In this document: one piece after another, positions 13,269 to 26,800 of the stretch | Position numbering within the stretch: the stretch's first letter is position 1 | Layout of the letters: each line of letters begins with the position of its first letter | Assembly (NCBI GenBank): GCA_051362555.1 | Contig: CM120646.1 | Location: 7,254,001 to 7,318,000, forward strand | Direction of reading: 5' to 3' | DNA: 64,000 nucleotides | Origin: Lingula anatina | Taxonomy: Eukaryota; Animalia; Brachiopoda | Translations under genes and position numbers: made by a program | Notes under the pieces: model-generated | Databases searched by the model: none | What the model was told of the DNA's origin: nothing | The model's input: the letters and a program-made list of their open reading frames with translations, nothing else

Positions 13269-14458
13269 TAAGGAGGGGGTCATAGTATTATAATAATATT
13301 ACATGTAGTTTTGAACTCAGTTTTATAACACTAGTATAAGGTGACTGTTAACATTATATATTTTGCTCAAAAAGTAAATGGTACATGTAAGAAACATATG
13401 CAACTTATGAGTGTTATAAAGGCGATCTTCGTGATCACATAACAGTATTAAGTATTATCCCCACTGAGGCGAGAGCGTCAACACCTAGTCTGTATCAGGG
13501 CCAAAAAGTGACCATGAGTCTAATGTAAATGTTAAACGCACTGATTCGCAGGCGGAATACGGTAAAAGTAAGACGGAGCTTAGGTTCTTATTATAAACTA
13601 CAGGATGATGAGCCGGTAATATAGTAGAAGCATATGAAGCCCAGTGTAAAACCACTAGGTGAAATACACCGACAGTCAACAGAAATTACACCTGTAAAAG
13701 TAAAAGCTAACAAGAGAAGCATAAAAGACTAATTTGTATGAAAGTGAGACGAACAAAATGGGAATAAACGAGACAATAAATTAACAGCACTTAATGCATG
13801 CAAATAAGTTATGGCAAATACATTAGGTGTATAATGAGCCTTTTTAATTTTATCTAAAATAATTAAAAGACAAAAAATAAATTATAAAAGGGTTAGAAGG
13901 TGCAGATGGCACAGTTAAGTTAATCGGACAATTGCATGAGCACACGGATTTTAATAATCTTTTCAAATGTGTAAGTGTCGATCATTGAACTTAGGTCGTA
14001 GGATAATCTTCACCATAGAACTTTGGCAGCTTTTAAACAAACTGCATGTTCTTCATATCCCGTATGTCTTTACCATCATTCCAGAACAGTTGAATGAGAA
14101 TAAATTCAATGGTTCTTCTTATCATACACAGGATTAACATAATAATTCAATGTTCTAATTTTAGATCCGATCCATTGCTTATAGCCTTTTCGATCGCGTG
14201 TGAATTTAAAAGTATTGGAATAAATACCTCACGTGATAATTTTAATTAAAAAACAGGACTTCGTCCCAGCAACCTAATCAATGTTAATCTGCGCTTGAAC
14301 CCAGTCAACTAAGGCGTACTTCATATCTTAAGATACAAGCCGCATTTTAACCCAAAAGAAGCTTTATTTGAGAAAAAACTGGTTATGTTAAGTTTTTTCA
14401 CAATTATGGCCGTAAACCAACAAAAACGAGTCGGCAAACTGACGCAGGCCTCGGGCAC

Positions 14459-14466
14459 TATATATA
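14459..14466 (+). promoter_or_regulatory. TATA-like box of the 25-exon gene
   Basis: TATATATA lies ~30 bp upstream of an Inr-like ACAGTC and ~125 bp upstream of ATG 14586. Confidence 0.45.
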
Positions 14467-14585
14467 CCAAGGGGTTTTGGAGTTCGGCACACAGTCGTCA
14501 ATTGGTAACAACAGAATTGACGAGGTATATAGGCCTAACAGTAAGAGTCTTAATTTGTATATTAGGCTCTTGATTCTGTACAACG

Positions 14586-17500
14586 ATGAGGATCCTTGGA
14601 CTTTGCTGTGCTTTGTTGTTATTTGCCATGGCGGCAGCGAAGGTAAGATTTATTCTCATCTCTCTCTCTCTCTCTCTCTCGTTTTTAGAGATGATAAGTT
14701 CATGGTTTTCTCCATCATAATTTGTGTGTTAAAATAAATTTGTTTTTTTTTTATTTCAGCCGTACTCTCTTGGATGCGTAAGTATCTGACGTTTTAATTT
14801 TCTACTTTTATCGTGTATGTATTATGATTTTATTTTAAGCTTTTCTAAATAAATTACATACATGTCGAACGCGATTCCATTTGAGGACAATCCATCTTCA
14901 TCGCGACGCGTCCTTAGCTTCAGAAGCCTAGCAGCGGCTCACCAATGTACGTATTACGACCCTAATATTATCTTCATCGCTAGTTTCTAGAAACTTAACC
15001 GACACACTGACAAAAGAGGTGAGTTCTTCATTTACATTGAAACTCGAGGTGTTTCTCTCAGCGCTGGTGCATGTATCAGTGCGATGTCTCTGTTTTTAAA
15101 ACAGCCACAGTGTAAAAAGCCAGGTCAATTTTCTGGATAATAGGTGGCACTGAATTCCTAGTTTGCTAAGTGTGAGATGTGAGTTGTTATTTTTTGATAA
15201 ATAATTTAGATTATCAATAAATATTAAACGGTTACAGTATAGTGACCTCATCTATGATAAATTACGATCATGATATTACGTAACTGATGAGTTGAGGATT
15301 TTTTTTTAATTTAATGAAATTACGATCTATATGTTACGGTAACAAGTGAAATTCATGTTTGTCTCCATTACGAGCGTGACTGAAAAACTAAGTATTGAAC
15401 CTATCAAAAACACGTTTATGGATCGTAATCATGAGAACGCTTTTGGAGATGGTAGAGCTTGTATACGTTGGTGATAACGGGAAAAGTATCGAAATATCCA
15501 CGAAAATGAGACATTTGTTATATAGAGTTCATTTTATGCCTTTAACTTAATCTGCTCTCTCTGCAGGAACTGGCATGCCCTACCGGACAGAAGTGCGTCT
15601 TGCAAAAAGAAAAGTGTTACGCTCCGCACTGCCCTCTGGTGCCCACCTGCGTCGATGATCCTTGTCACGTAAGTGTACCCCATATGCTGGCTCTCGCGCT
15701 TGTAAGTTATGTACATTAATTAAACGTGTAATAAAAAATAAAAGAAACTTATCGCAAAAATCGAGAAAATGGAGCAGAATGTTTAATTATCGCGTGCGCA
15801 CACACCGGGTTTCAGTTTGAATACATTTTGACAAGAAGTAAAATGCATTTCTTTACTGGTATGGCCGTTTATAATTATTTGGAGCAGGCACATGCATTTG
15901 CAGTCAACAGTTAGGGTAACACGTAACATATAACACCAATTTAAAGAAGCCAAAAGATGCATATTTAATTAATATTCTACGGAGGTGCATATGTTTTCAT
16001 TTTAGGACTGCAACGGCGTTTGCGTATCTGACGACTATTGCGATATGCCGTGTGTCATAAACTGCACGTGTATCCCCCACTCAAACCAAAAAGCTGGATG
16101 TGAGGTGAGTGGCGACATCTTTAGTTTAGTCAGCGTGCCTATCAATAGATAAAACCAGAGTCCAATGATAAGCGGGTGGTTTATTCAACATCTTTACCCC
16201 GTTCGGTTACGAGCCTGTCATAGTTATTATATTATTATAGATCTTTCTGACATTTTTATCGTTTGAGTGATAATGATTTCTTTTTTTCCCTGGTTGGTCA
16301 AAACATTGGCGATGACGTCATTGGTCAATCTTTTGTTTGGAGATGTTTAATGTTATAATTTATCAGGCCTGAAATTCACAGATACTGTGTATATATGCTG
16401 AACAAATATATAAACGCACGAAACTAAAATGGTCAGTTGAAATGGACAATCATAAATTATGCTCAGGTTGATGGTTCTATTGTGAATTGATGGATTTGTT
16501 TTGATCAAGTATAGTGGTCTGGTTTCACTTGGTCGCTCCCCGTGAGTATGCTCAAAGGCTCAGCTATTCCACCCATAAGATTAATGGAGCATGACGGAGT
16601 GAAAGTCAATCTGTATGACCAATACACAGAAAAAGTGTGCATATTTGTCACTTGTCAACATGCCACAGATGTCCGAAATCATGAGGGAGCGTGCCATCGG
16701 CATGCTCAATACTGGCTTGTTGGTAACAGAAGTTGCAGCATGCCTGAATGTGCTTCATTCCACCGTCAGCCATCTGAGAACACACTTCAGAGACACTGGT
16801 AGCACTAGGAACCGCCCACATGCCCCCAAACCACGTGTTACCACACCCAATATGTCGACCATTGAACACCTGTTGGATGTTCTGGATCAACGTTTTCACC
16901 ATCATGTTCCAGCTCCAGGGAATGTTCAACTGCGGGTAGCACTTCAGAAGGAATGGGATAATATCCCTCAGGCCACTATTGACAACTTAGTGATGCCCAT
17001 GCGCTGCCAGTGTACTGCTCTGTGCGCAAGCTGATGGTGGCCATACTTGTTATTAGTGTCTGATGTGAACTCAGGATGTTGACCCCCATAGTGTAGTTGA
17101 TGCCCTAACTCATAATACAGTACAGGCAGATGGTCATCCTCGGCGTAATACAGAACATTTTAAACTGAAAATAAAACTGCGAATTTACATATACTTTTGC
17201 AGAAAACTTTAAACTGTGAAATGCTTCTTCTTTATATCTGCAGGCAATATTGTGTGCGCAGGGTAATGTTTGTATCGAGGATGAAAATGGTGTGGGCGAA
17301 TGCGTTGCAACTTGTCAGGTTTGTGTTGTCGTACCCTTCGATATGGGTCTCCAAAGTTTGTTTCAAAATTGAATTAACATACATTTGATCAATTTTGTAA
17401 CAAACTACACACACCCCTTTCGGAAGTTAGTGTTACTAGAGATAACCGTGAGGTAGATTTCTGATACATCTTGGCTATCTGGAATGTCAAGCTTATCCGT

Positions 17501-20500
17501 TTCTTAATCTATTAATTATTGACGTAAATTATTCATTGAGTGATATATATCTTAACGTGGAATTGCATTATCATATTTTAAAAAAATCTCAATTGCTTCA
17601 TTGAATAATTAATTAACTACAGTAGCAACATAGCTGTCATTTGACATTGTCGTAATTTAAAGTGATAATGTTTCCTTTTTTCTTGTTGGTGCCGTTGCTC
17701 AGTATTATATTTTTTCAGGCCTCAAATTCACAGATTCTGTATGAAATGTGCACAATGCATTATGGCAAATTCTGCAGCTTCTATGAAGACAATGCAATGA
17801 AAATAAAAATAACCTATTTAACAGTTGTACGCTATCACCATGAGCTACATGGGGTTGATATCTCAGTTTCTTAAATCTGCAGGTTATATTGTGTCCTGAG
17901 GGTGCTATGTGCGTAGAGGATGAACAAGGAGCAGGCGAATGCGTACCAACCTGTCAGGTTTGTATTTATTTACCTTCCGATAGATGTCTCTGCAGTCTGT
18001 AATAAAATTGGATAAAATGCTTTTAGTGTTACTAGAGATTGCCTTGAAGTAAATGTCTGATACGTCGCCTTGCATAATCATATTAGGATGTACATGTGCT
18101 GCCATATACAAGGGATACTCTTGTCTAGACCAATGTCTAAATTTTGTTAGTGAATTTTCACTTCCAGATGGTTGACTGCCTCCCTGGCTACAAATGCGTT
18201 GATACTGAATATGGTGCCAAGTGCGTGCAATATTCATGTATGGTATGTGTTGTAAAATTTGTTTTGAGGAATATTATATCCGTGGTAACTGACGTTATGA
18301 GTTACTTACATGTGAACACTTGATAAAAATGTCAACCATCAAAACATCAATTTGATATCTTAGTTTTTCAAAATATCTATACGGAGGGGGGGTGGGGGTG
18401 TTAACAATATTCCACATCAATCAAGTCGCGAAATTTAGGGATGGGAAAATACTTGGTTATGTCTCGTTTCGCTCTTTATGTATTTCCTTTTTTTTGGAGG
18501 GAGAGGGTTGAAAATAACGCAGGACCACCTTAATAGTGAAGGTAGGAGGGGGGGCTCGTCTTTTCCCCATTGACATGTAGAATTAATAATACTATTTCGT
18601 TAATTAGGTAACGGGTTGTCCGTATGGGGAGATGTGTGTACCATCCAACACGACTGGAGACAAATGTGTACCCACCTGCGAGGTATGTGAATATTTTATA
18701 CTCGGACATTTGTTTAATACCATTTATGAGAAATACTGATAGATCGAACGCGTTTGGAAAATACAAAAATAAAAAATAGATTTTAGGAGACTTTATATAG
18801 ATCGGATTTTTGCATTTATATATCTTTTGTTTATTGAAAATATTTAATTTTTAACTTCTTTGTAAATAAATAAATGGACGATACACGGCTCTACGGGGGA
18901 AGTAACCTTAAACTGCATTTTAAGCCACGTGTCTAAAACGTGTCTGACTATGGGATCGTTAAAATCTGCACATTTCGTCTTTTATTTGTTTCTTTAAGAA
19001 AAAGAATTGTACAGATTATCAGTACTGCAAAGATACTCCAATGGGAGGCGTGTGCAACGACATCATATCCTGTGACGTAAGTGGAGAAACTACTTTCTAC
19101 CAACCATGTTCTTCTCTAGAGTCATAGTGTAAAAACATTACCATAATATTATAGTGGTAAAAAGTGATTCATTTCTAAAGGATAATTGTGTGTTCCATAT
19201 GACGCCCCGACCCTTTATTTAAGGACCGTGATCAAATTTACATTGAACACAATTTACTTTTATATGCAAGAGACAAAGAAAAAATATTAAATTGCATTAC
19301 CTTATAGTTTACTAATGAGCAGAAAAAAATTACTAAAGCCCCAAGCCATCCCATATATCCTTGGCCAGCTTAAAGACACATGATTTTGTTGCTGAATATA
19401 TTTGTTTTGGATCTACATGGATTTTGTTGCTAAATATCTTTGTTTTGGATCTACGTGTATGTTTATCTTTGACCTCATTCATTATTTTCAAAGCTGCTTG
19501 TTGATCAGTTGTATAAAATTCACAACAAACTAACACTGAAAATGTATCTATCTATCTATCTTGCAATACTTTTGAAAGAACAATAAAATGTACAGAATAT
19601 ATGAAATACTCATATGATTGTCATACATGTTTCATTCGTTTTTCTATTTCGTACCTAATATTATAATTACCCTGAACATTACCCGCAATAACTTCTATCT
19701 CAAATTTTACTACTCAGTTCATTGACTGTCCATATGGAATGAAATGTGAAGAGGACGACTATGGGCAAGGAGAATGCGTACCAACCTGCAAGGTAAGAAA
19801 ATATATTACTTTATCTTAGCATTTATTTGAATTTTTGCCATGTACGAAGAACGACTTCAACTGATTTTGTGACAGCTGCAGGCTTTATAAACGGCTTAGG
19901 CGTTTCTAACTACCCGCAGATCTTTTAGCACTAACACCCATATTAACGTACCACATAACCCACGAATAAAGAACACACCGTAAAAGTATTCAATACTAAG
20001 AAAGCGATTCCTAGCACATTCTGCTATGGTAGTGCTAAATACGTTTATGGTGTGTTAGTTAATTCGTGGGTTATGAGGGTTAATATGGGTGTTAGTGCTA
20101 AAAGATCTGGAGATAGTGTTAGTAAACGCCTAATCCGGTGATAAGACCTGAACAAAAGCACCCTGGTAGAGAGTAGCTAGTTAGATGCCTTTACTGTCAC
20201 TGGGCACACTATGACAACACTACAATACAGGCATATTCACAGCTTATCATGCCATCACAGAGAGGCCAACTCGTAAAACAAGTTTAATGGTCACACTTGT
20301 GGTGGATAAGGTTCAAAGTTGTCCCGTGTATTAGATGCTTAGTATTTAAATTTTAATGACATAATTTAATTTTTATGTTAGCAGCCCTAATGGATTATTT
20401 ACTCAGATAATACAAAAGATAAATGAAGTACGGTATATATCATGCAACTTCCAGTATAACATATAAACACCAAACACCAAAAAAGGCACTAAAATGACGA

Positions 20501-23500
20501 TTAAAAAGTCAAGAAAAGCTGGTATCGTTCCCTTATGTTATCAGTGATAGTATTCACATACTTTATAACATGCCCTTTTAATGCCCTTTTAATGACCTTA
20601 CCCTTCATATTTTCTGGAACTTTCATTTTTATATAGAGAATTCTATTTTGTTTATTAGATAACTGGTTGTCCATATGGAGAGAAATGTGTCTCTGTGAAC
20701 ATGGAACACGTATGCATACCTACGTGTGAGGTACGTACATTTTATCTTATTATATATATATAATAAGATATTTGTCAAAAGTAAGAACCGTCTGACCAAA
20801 AATATCAATCAATACACTAAGCATGTTTGGAGGAAAATTCAAGAAAGGAAATTGAAGGTCTTTTTTGAAAATGATAGCACCTCTTCATGCAGTTATGCAG
20901 TATGTACGCCCTATTCATGCTGCACAAATAAATGTCAATAGATTCTGGTGTGTTTTCTGTCAGAACAATCTAACAAGTACTGTGGAATACGCAAATCTTA
21001 CCATGAAACCAGGGAAAAACTTGATTGTTGATATAGGAATCGATTTCTCCACAGATAGCCAATTGCACCGAGTACCAGGAATGCAATGACACCGATTACG
21101 GTCCCCAGTGCTACGATGTCGATCCTTGTGACGTAAGTAAAGAAAAAATTTGCAAGGATTTTTGCTAATGCAATATATACATGTATTACACGCCCAGTAT
21201 TCTATAGTTACTAGAGTCAACTAATGGATAACCTGAATGAATGTTATGCCTTAGTACATTTTACATTTTTCTACCAGAGCCACAAAGAAAATTTTGCAAC
21301 CAATGTTCACAGTTATGTATCTGGCTGTGTGCACATTTCTATATACCGAGAACTTCTGACCAAAGTTGACGTTAACACTCAACTGGCGTCTTGTAAAAAG
21401 CACTTTTGACTAAACATAAGTACCGTATCTTAATTTGGCCATGTTTCCCTTGTCTTGTTGTCTCAAGAAAAAAATACCAACAAGCAGTTAAAATATTTAT
21501 CAATTATGTTACCAGTCGATTGCATTACTGCAAAATTACAAAACAAGTTTAACATCCAATTATCAGCATCAAACAAAAAAATAAAAATAACCTTTCGTCG
21601 ATGCAAAAATTGTGATGTTCACTTTAACACGGTGATGGGCATTTCCACCAAAGTGGCAGTCTCTACACTAATGTATATACAGTAAAATAACAAGAAATAC
21701 CAAATGATTTGAACAACGCTTGTTTCATTATAACATGGTCGGCAAATAAAATAAGTTTAATTGTTTCCAGAAAATTATGTGCGAGAAGCACTACAGGTGT
21801 GTACCGAATGAATACGGTCCACCAATGTGCATACCTACCTGTAAGGTAAGTAGTAAATCTCTCTCTCTCTCTGAACCGTGCCTTACGGGTTCTTTGGACA
21901 GGGGCTGTTGTGACGAAATTTGTATTTTGCACCAGCTTTCTTCAACTTTGGCATTCATGACAAATCTCTACCTGGTCAAATCAGCAATGTTCCATGCCTC
22001 TTGTTTTGGGTTTAGTATGCGTAGTAGATGTTGGGAACTTACACTGTTTTAGCCAGTGGTTGATGACAACATGGTCATCATTTTCATTTGGGCCATGCAG
22101 TTTGTTGATAACCAGCGTTGCCCTCCATTTAAGTCGTGCACATATTCATTATTACATTCATTTTGCAACAACAGTGAAGACTATATGCCTTAATTATACT
22201 AAAATATTGTAACTCCTTTAAAAAATACGAAGATATCAATCATCCAGCTAAATTCTTAAGTGAATATACAAGCTTTATGATAGGGACCTAGTTGTCTTAT
22301 ATACATGTAGTTTTAAATGTTGAAGTACTTACATTTTACTGTCGATTATTCCTCCAGTTGATAGAATGCCCGCCTAATTATAAATGCAAAGAAGATGACT
22401 ATAGTTACAAGTGTGAGCCCACATGTAACGTAAGTAGTTTAGATATGTATTTCTGATTTGACTGTCATAAGGGACGTTATGTTAACTAAAATTACGAGTC
22501 GACTATACATAATTTCACGATGGTACTTTTCAAAATTATAAAAAGAGCTTATATGCCCAAAGGCAATTTCCACGCATTTTAGTAATGTAATCTACCTTTT
22601 CAATTGTTTTACATTTTGTATGATCGGTATGATTTCATTTTATTTTCAAGTTGACTGGCTGTCCCTTCGGAGAAGTGTGTGCACCTACGGGTCATTGTGT
22701 GCCTACCTGCGCGGTTTGTATACGCTTCCATCTTTAAAAAAATTTGCCCAATCCAATGCAAGTTCTCTATCGAGTCGACTGTACATAATTTCACGACGGC
22801 ATTTTTCAAAGTTAAAAAAAAAACATTTAAAAAACAGTGAAAGCACTTCAAAATATTAATGTCTTTTCAGTAAACCTGTCAAATTTTAAGTAGTGGGTGA
22901 CGAGCGGCAACCTATGTAAACTGGGTCGGTAGACGAATTTATCAAATTTATCAGATCCACAGTGTAAGCGATCTTTTATTCAAATATAAGAGCAATAACG
23001 TTTTTCAATTGGCCAATTGCAATTTTGCAACACTCTAAGCCAATGCTGTTTTTTTTTTTTTTTTTTCATTCGAATAAAGATTCAAAATCAGGGTCCGTCG
23101 CTCTCATTTTCCATTTTATCAATTTGGTCTATCATGAAGTGGTTTTATTCATTTCGATTTTTAAATCTCATTTTAGAACACAAATTGCAGCAATTCACAG
23201 GTTTGCATCGATACCCCAAATGGAGGCATGTGCGAGGACCCCACCTCTTGTGACGTGAGTGGACAAACAATTCAATCCCTTGACAAGTATTATTAAAAAT
23301 TAGTCTCGTTCTTATCAGTGGTATAATACAATTCACATTTCGGGCATTTAAAAGCTTTAACATTGAAAATAATCCACATATATAAGATATTAGAACCTGC
23401 CTTAACTTCTAAGGTTTTTTTTAAATCTCAAACGTGCGATTTAGCCCTGTCGCCATTTGCTTATTCGTGTAATCATCCTTTTGGACATACAGTGCAACAA

Positions 23501-23802
23501 GCTGTAGGTGCTGCAGTGTGTGTATCCAGGTACGCGCACTAGACCTTTGACTTCATTTCAATGTACATAAACGGTTCTATCTACAGCAAATCACATGTCC
23601 ATATGGAGAGAAATGTGTGCTGCAAAAGATGATGTGTAATGTCCCCTACTGTCCCATCGTTCCCACGTGCGTTGAGGACCCCTGCGCCGTAAGTGTACTG
23701 GGAATGCTGTTACATGATGCTTAAATGTAAATTAATATTGTGAAAGAAAAATCCAAATGTATCATTATTTACTTGCACATCTGAACCTCTGTGATGGATG
23801 GA

Positions 23803-23849
<47 letters not shown>

Positions 23850-26800
23850 TCCAAAATTTTGAAAGCCTTAGAGGTTCACGGAAACACAATGTTGAGATTT
23901 GAACTACCTTTTGACCATAAGGTGTTCCAGCATTGAGAGTGTTATTTTTCCAACGTTTTGGGGCAGGGTATATTACGTTGATAAAGTTAAAATTATTCTA
24001 TTAATAAGATGTTTATTTAAGGGTCTAATATTCACTGTGCACCTTTAATTTTGGGCCTTTACATTCATGTGTTTCTACAGAAAACGTTAAATTTGTCAAG
24101 GTTAGTTTATCTTCAAGATAAAAGTTCCAGGAGATTTCTTTGTTTTAACTTCAGGGCTGCAAAAGTCACTGCACATCAGCTGACTATTGTGAATCCCCGT
24201 GTAATCTTAAGTGTATGTGTGATACACCAACTCAAACTTGCGAGGTAAGTGGACACGGTATGAAAGATCCCGTGCAGCAATATACAGCTTATCTGCATGG
24301 AACGATTCTTGGTCAAGTATTTGACGTGCTTTCTTCATTTAATAAACTAAATAAATTTGAACTTAACTAATGAATTTCTATTTAAATTGCATACTAATTA
24401 GTGTTTTCTATGAGCCTAAAGCACTTCCTGGCATATTGGTATTTCTTACAAACATTCTTAAATTTATGTTCACAATTATGACTTAGAATACTTTCTATCC
24501 AATAATTTCATAGATAAGCTCTACTTGGATATATAAATACTGGTTATGTATAGGTACGGCTTATGATTATTTGTACTTCAGGATATCGAGTGTATGCCTG
24601 GCTTCCAATGTGTTGATGGTGCAGATGGGGCAAAATGTGTCAAAATAACATGTGACGTATGTAATGCAATAACGATATACATTTCCTACAACGTGTTATT
24701 TGTCGATGGAACCGCATGTTGTTTACTCTTCGAATTTTTTACCTTTAGGAAATATTACTGGAAGTTAGTGAACATGTATATGTAGATAAAAGTAATAATC
24801 GAATTCATACACATTCATCGTGTACTTCATGTCGCTGCTTTCAGACGCATAGACATTGTGAATTTTGTTATATTATCTTTCAAGATGATTGACTGTTTGG
24901 ACGGTTATGAATGCGTTGAGCATGAAGACGGCGTCAAATGCGAAGAAATTAAAGAAATAACATGTGCGGTAAGTGTTTTTTTTTTTTAAGAAATGTGGTA
25001 TGATTGCAAAAGAGATATGTATATGTGTATGTACATATGTCATGGTAGAAGCTGTCATCTATGAAGACCGTCGAGTATGCAAATGAAACGCAGGCTGGAG
25101 TTTCTGTGGGTTTGGTTCTGCGATTCTTTTGGTATAAAGTGACAAATAACCGTTCCACACAGGGGGTCTGGAAATTCCCTTTAATCCTGCGATAAACGTC
25201 GATATTTGGATGGATATTTGGATAGATGTATAGCTATTTGGATGTTTGGATAGTTGGATATTTTAATTGCTAGATGCTGAATATTTTTACTTTTGTTCCA
25301 TGTAAACCATTCTATGTACATTTCTTCTTCTTCTGTGACATTGTCTATGTAGAACACATGGGAACATACCCTCCCTTAGCCTTTGCCTCTTCTCCCTCAT
25401 ATAACGATGAAACGAGCGCGGATTTTTTTAAGTTTCACAATACTGGTGAATCCAGGGTTTTGCTAAGGGCACAATGATAAAATAATTGAAAAGTGGAGCA
25501 AGAGAAATATTTTACAGTGCAATGGGTCAATTTTACTGTTATATGTATGGCGACATTTGCTTAGGGATAGACTAGGCTTGGCTTGAGTTTTCTTGTGTGG
25601 TTGCTTTTCTTGTTTTCAAACCTTGCCTATACTTTCACTTTTATATTGTTCCATTTGTTTATATCAGATGATGCCGTGCATGGACGGTTACAGATGCTTG
25701 GATACCCAGTATGGCAGCATATGTGTCGAAATGACTTGTGAGGTAAAGGCCGTAGTAAATTACATTTCATGTAATATGTGTTTGAAAACATAACTATGAT
25801 GTTAGTTACACTGTAGTAAAATACACATCATGTAATATGTTCTTTTAAACATGTTTGTGATGAAAGTTACACTGAAGTCATTATCATAGTTTTAAATTTC
25901 CAGTTCGTTAAAAAAAGTAAATAATATTTTTAAAATTCTGAAAGAGAACGTCAATCAGTCAAGTTACTTAAAAGCAAACCGAAAAATCCTCTCTTAAATA
26001 GATAAACGGCAAGATATTTTATGAGCTGGTAGTTGCAGAGAAAGAAGGTGTCTGGAAGATCATAGCACTCACTTTTTCATCAATGTAATGCTGTGAGATT
26101 GCCATAACAGATATAAGACACACTTACCTGGCCTCTCAAACGATTCTTAACTTATTCAGGACGTCCAGTGCCCTAATGGCATGAAGTGTGTTGCAAATGG
26201 GAAACCTAAATGTGTATCGACCTGCATGGTACGTATGCCTAATATGATATACTGAGTATGTGCCATTTACTTTAGACATTACGCATTTCCCCCATGCAAG
26301 CCAAATGATCTGTCAAAAAATATAATGAAATCGGTAGACTGACGCATTTCGCTGTTTTTACGTTCAGATTAGACCACAGAATGCATACAGGCGTATACCC
26401 TAAACCAACATATATTCATTTAATGAACCTGTGACAGAATAGCCAATTTGAAATGTATGGTTAATGTATTTGCTGGATTATTATTATTATTATTATTATT
26501 ATTAGACTATGCAATGTAACGGTACTCATATGTGTAACGACACTGACCATGGAGCCGTCTGCGTGGTTCCCCCATCTTGTGACGTAAGTGGAAACAATTT
26601 TTTTCACCAGTAATGATATTCAGAAACTTTGGTTTTGTCTGTTTTAGTTCATTCTAGTGGCATGATATAGTTCAACGCATTACTTGTTTGAAACGTTCTT
26701 CTCGGTAATTAATTACAGGGGACTGAGGACATTTGAAGATAAATTGATAAAAATGGTCAAAGGGATCATGCCCCTTCTGGGTCCCTTACGGGCAGTGTAC

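Noticed and set aside
19178-19215. Possible extra mini-exon after ctaaag
   Set aside because: It lacks the Cys pattern and a suitable donor.
21880-22140. Coding-looking intronic stretch, possibly a transposase relic
   Set aside because: I could not identify a diagnostic motif or termini.
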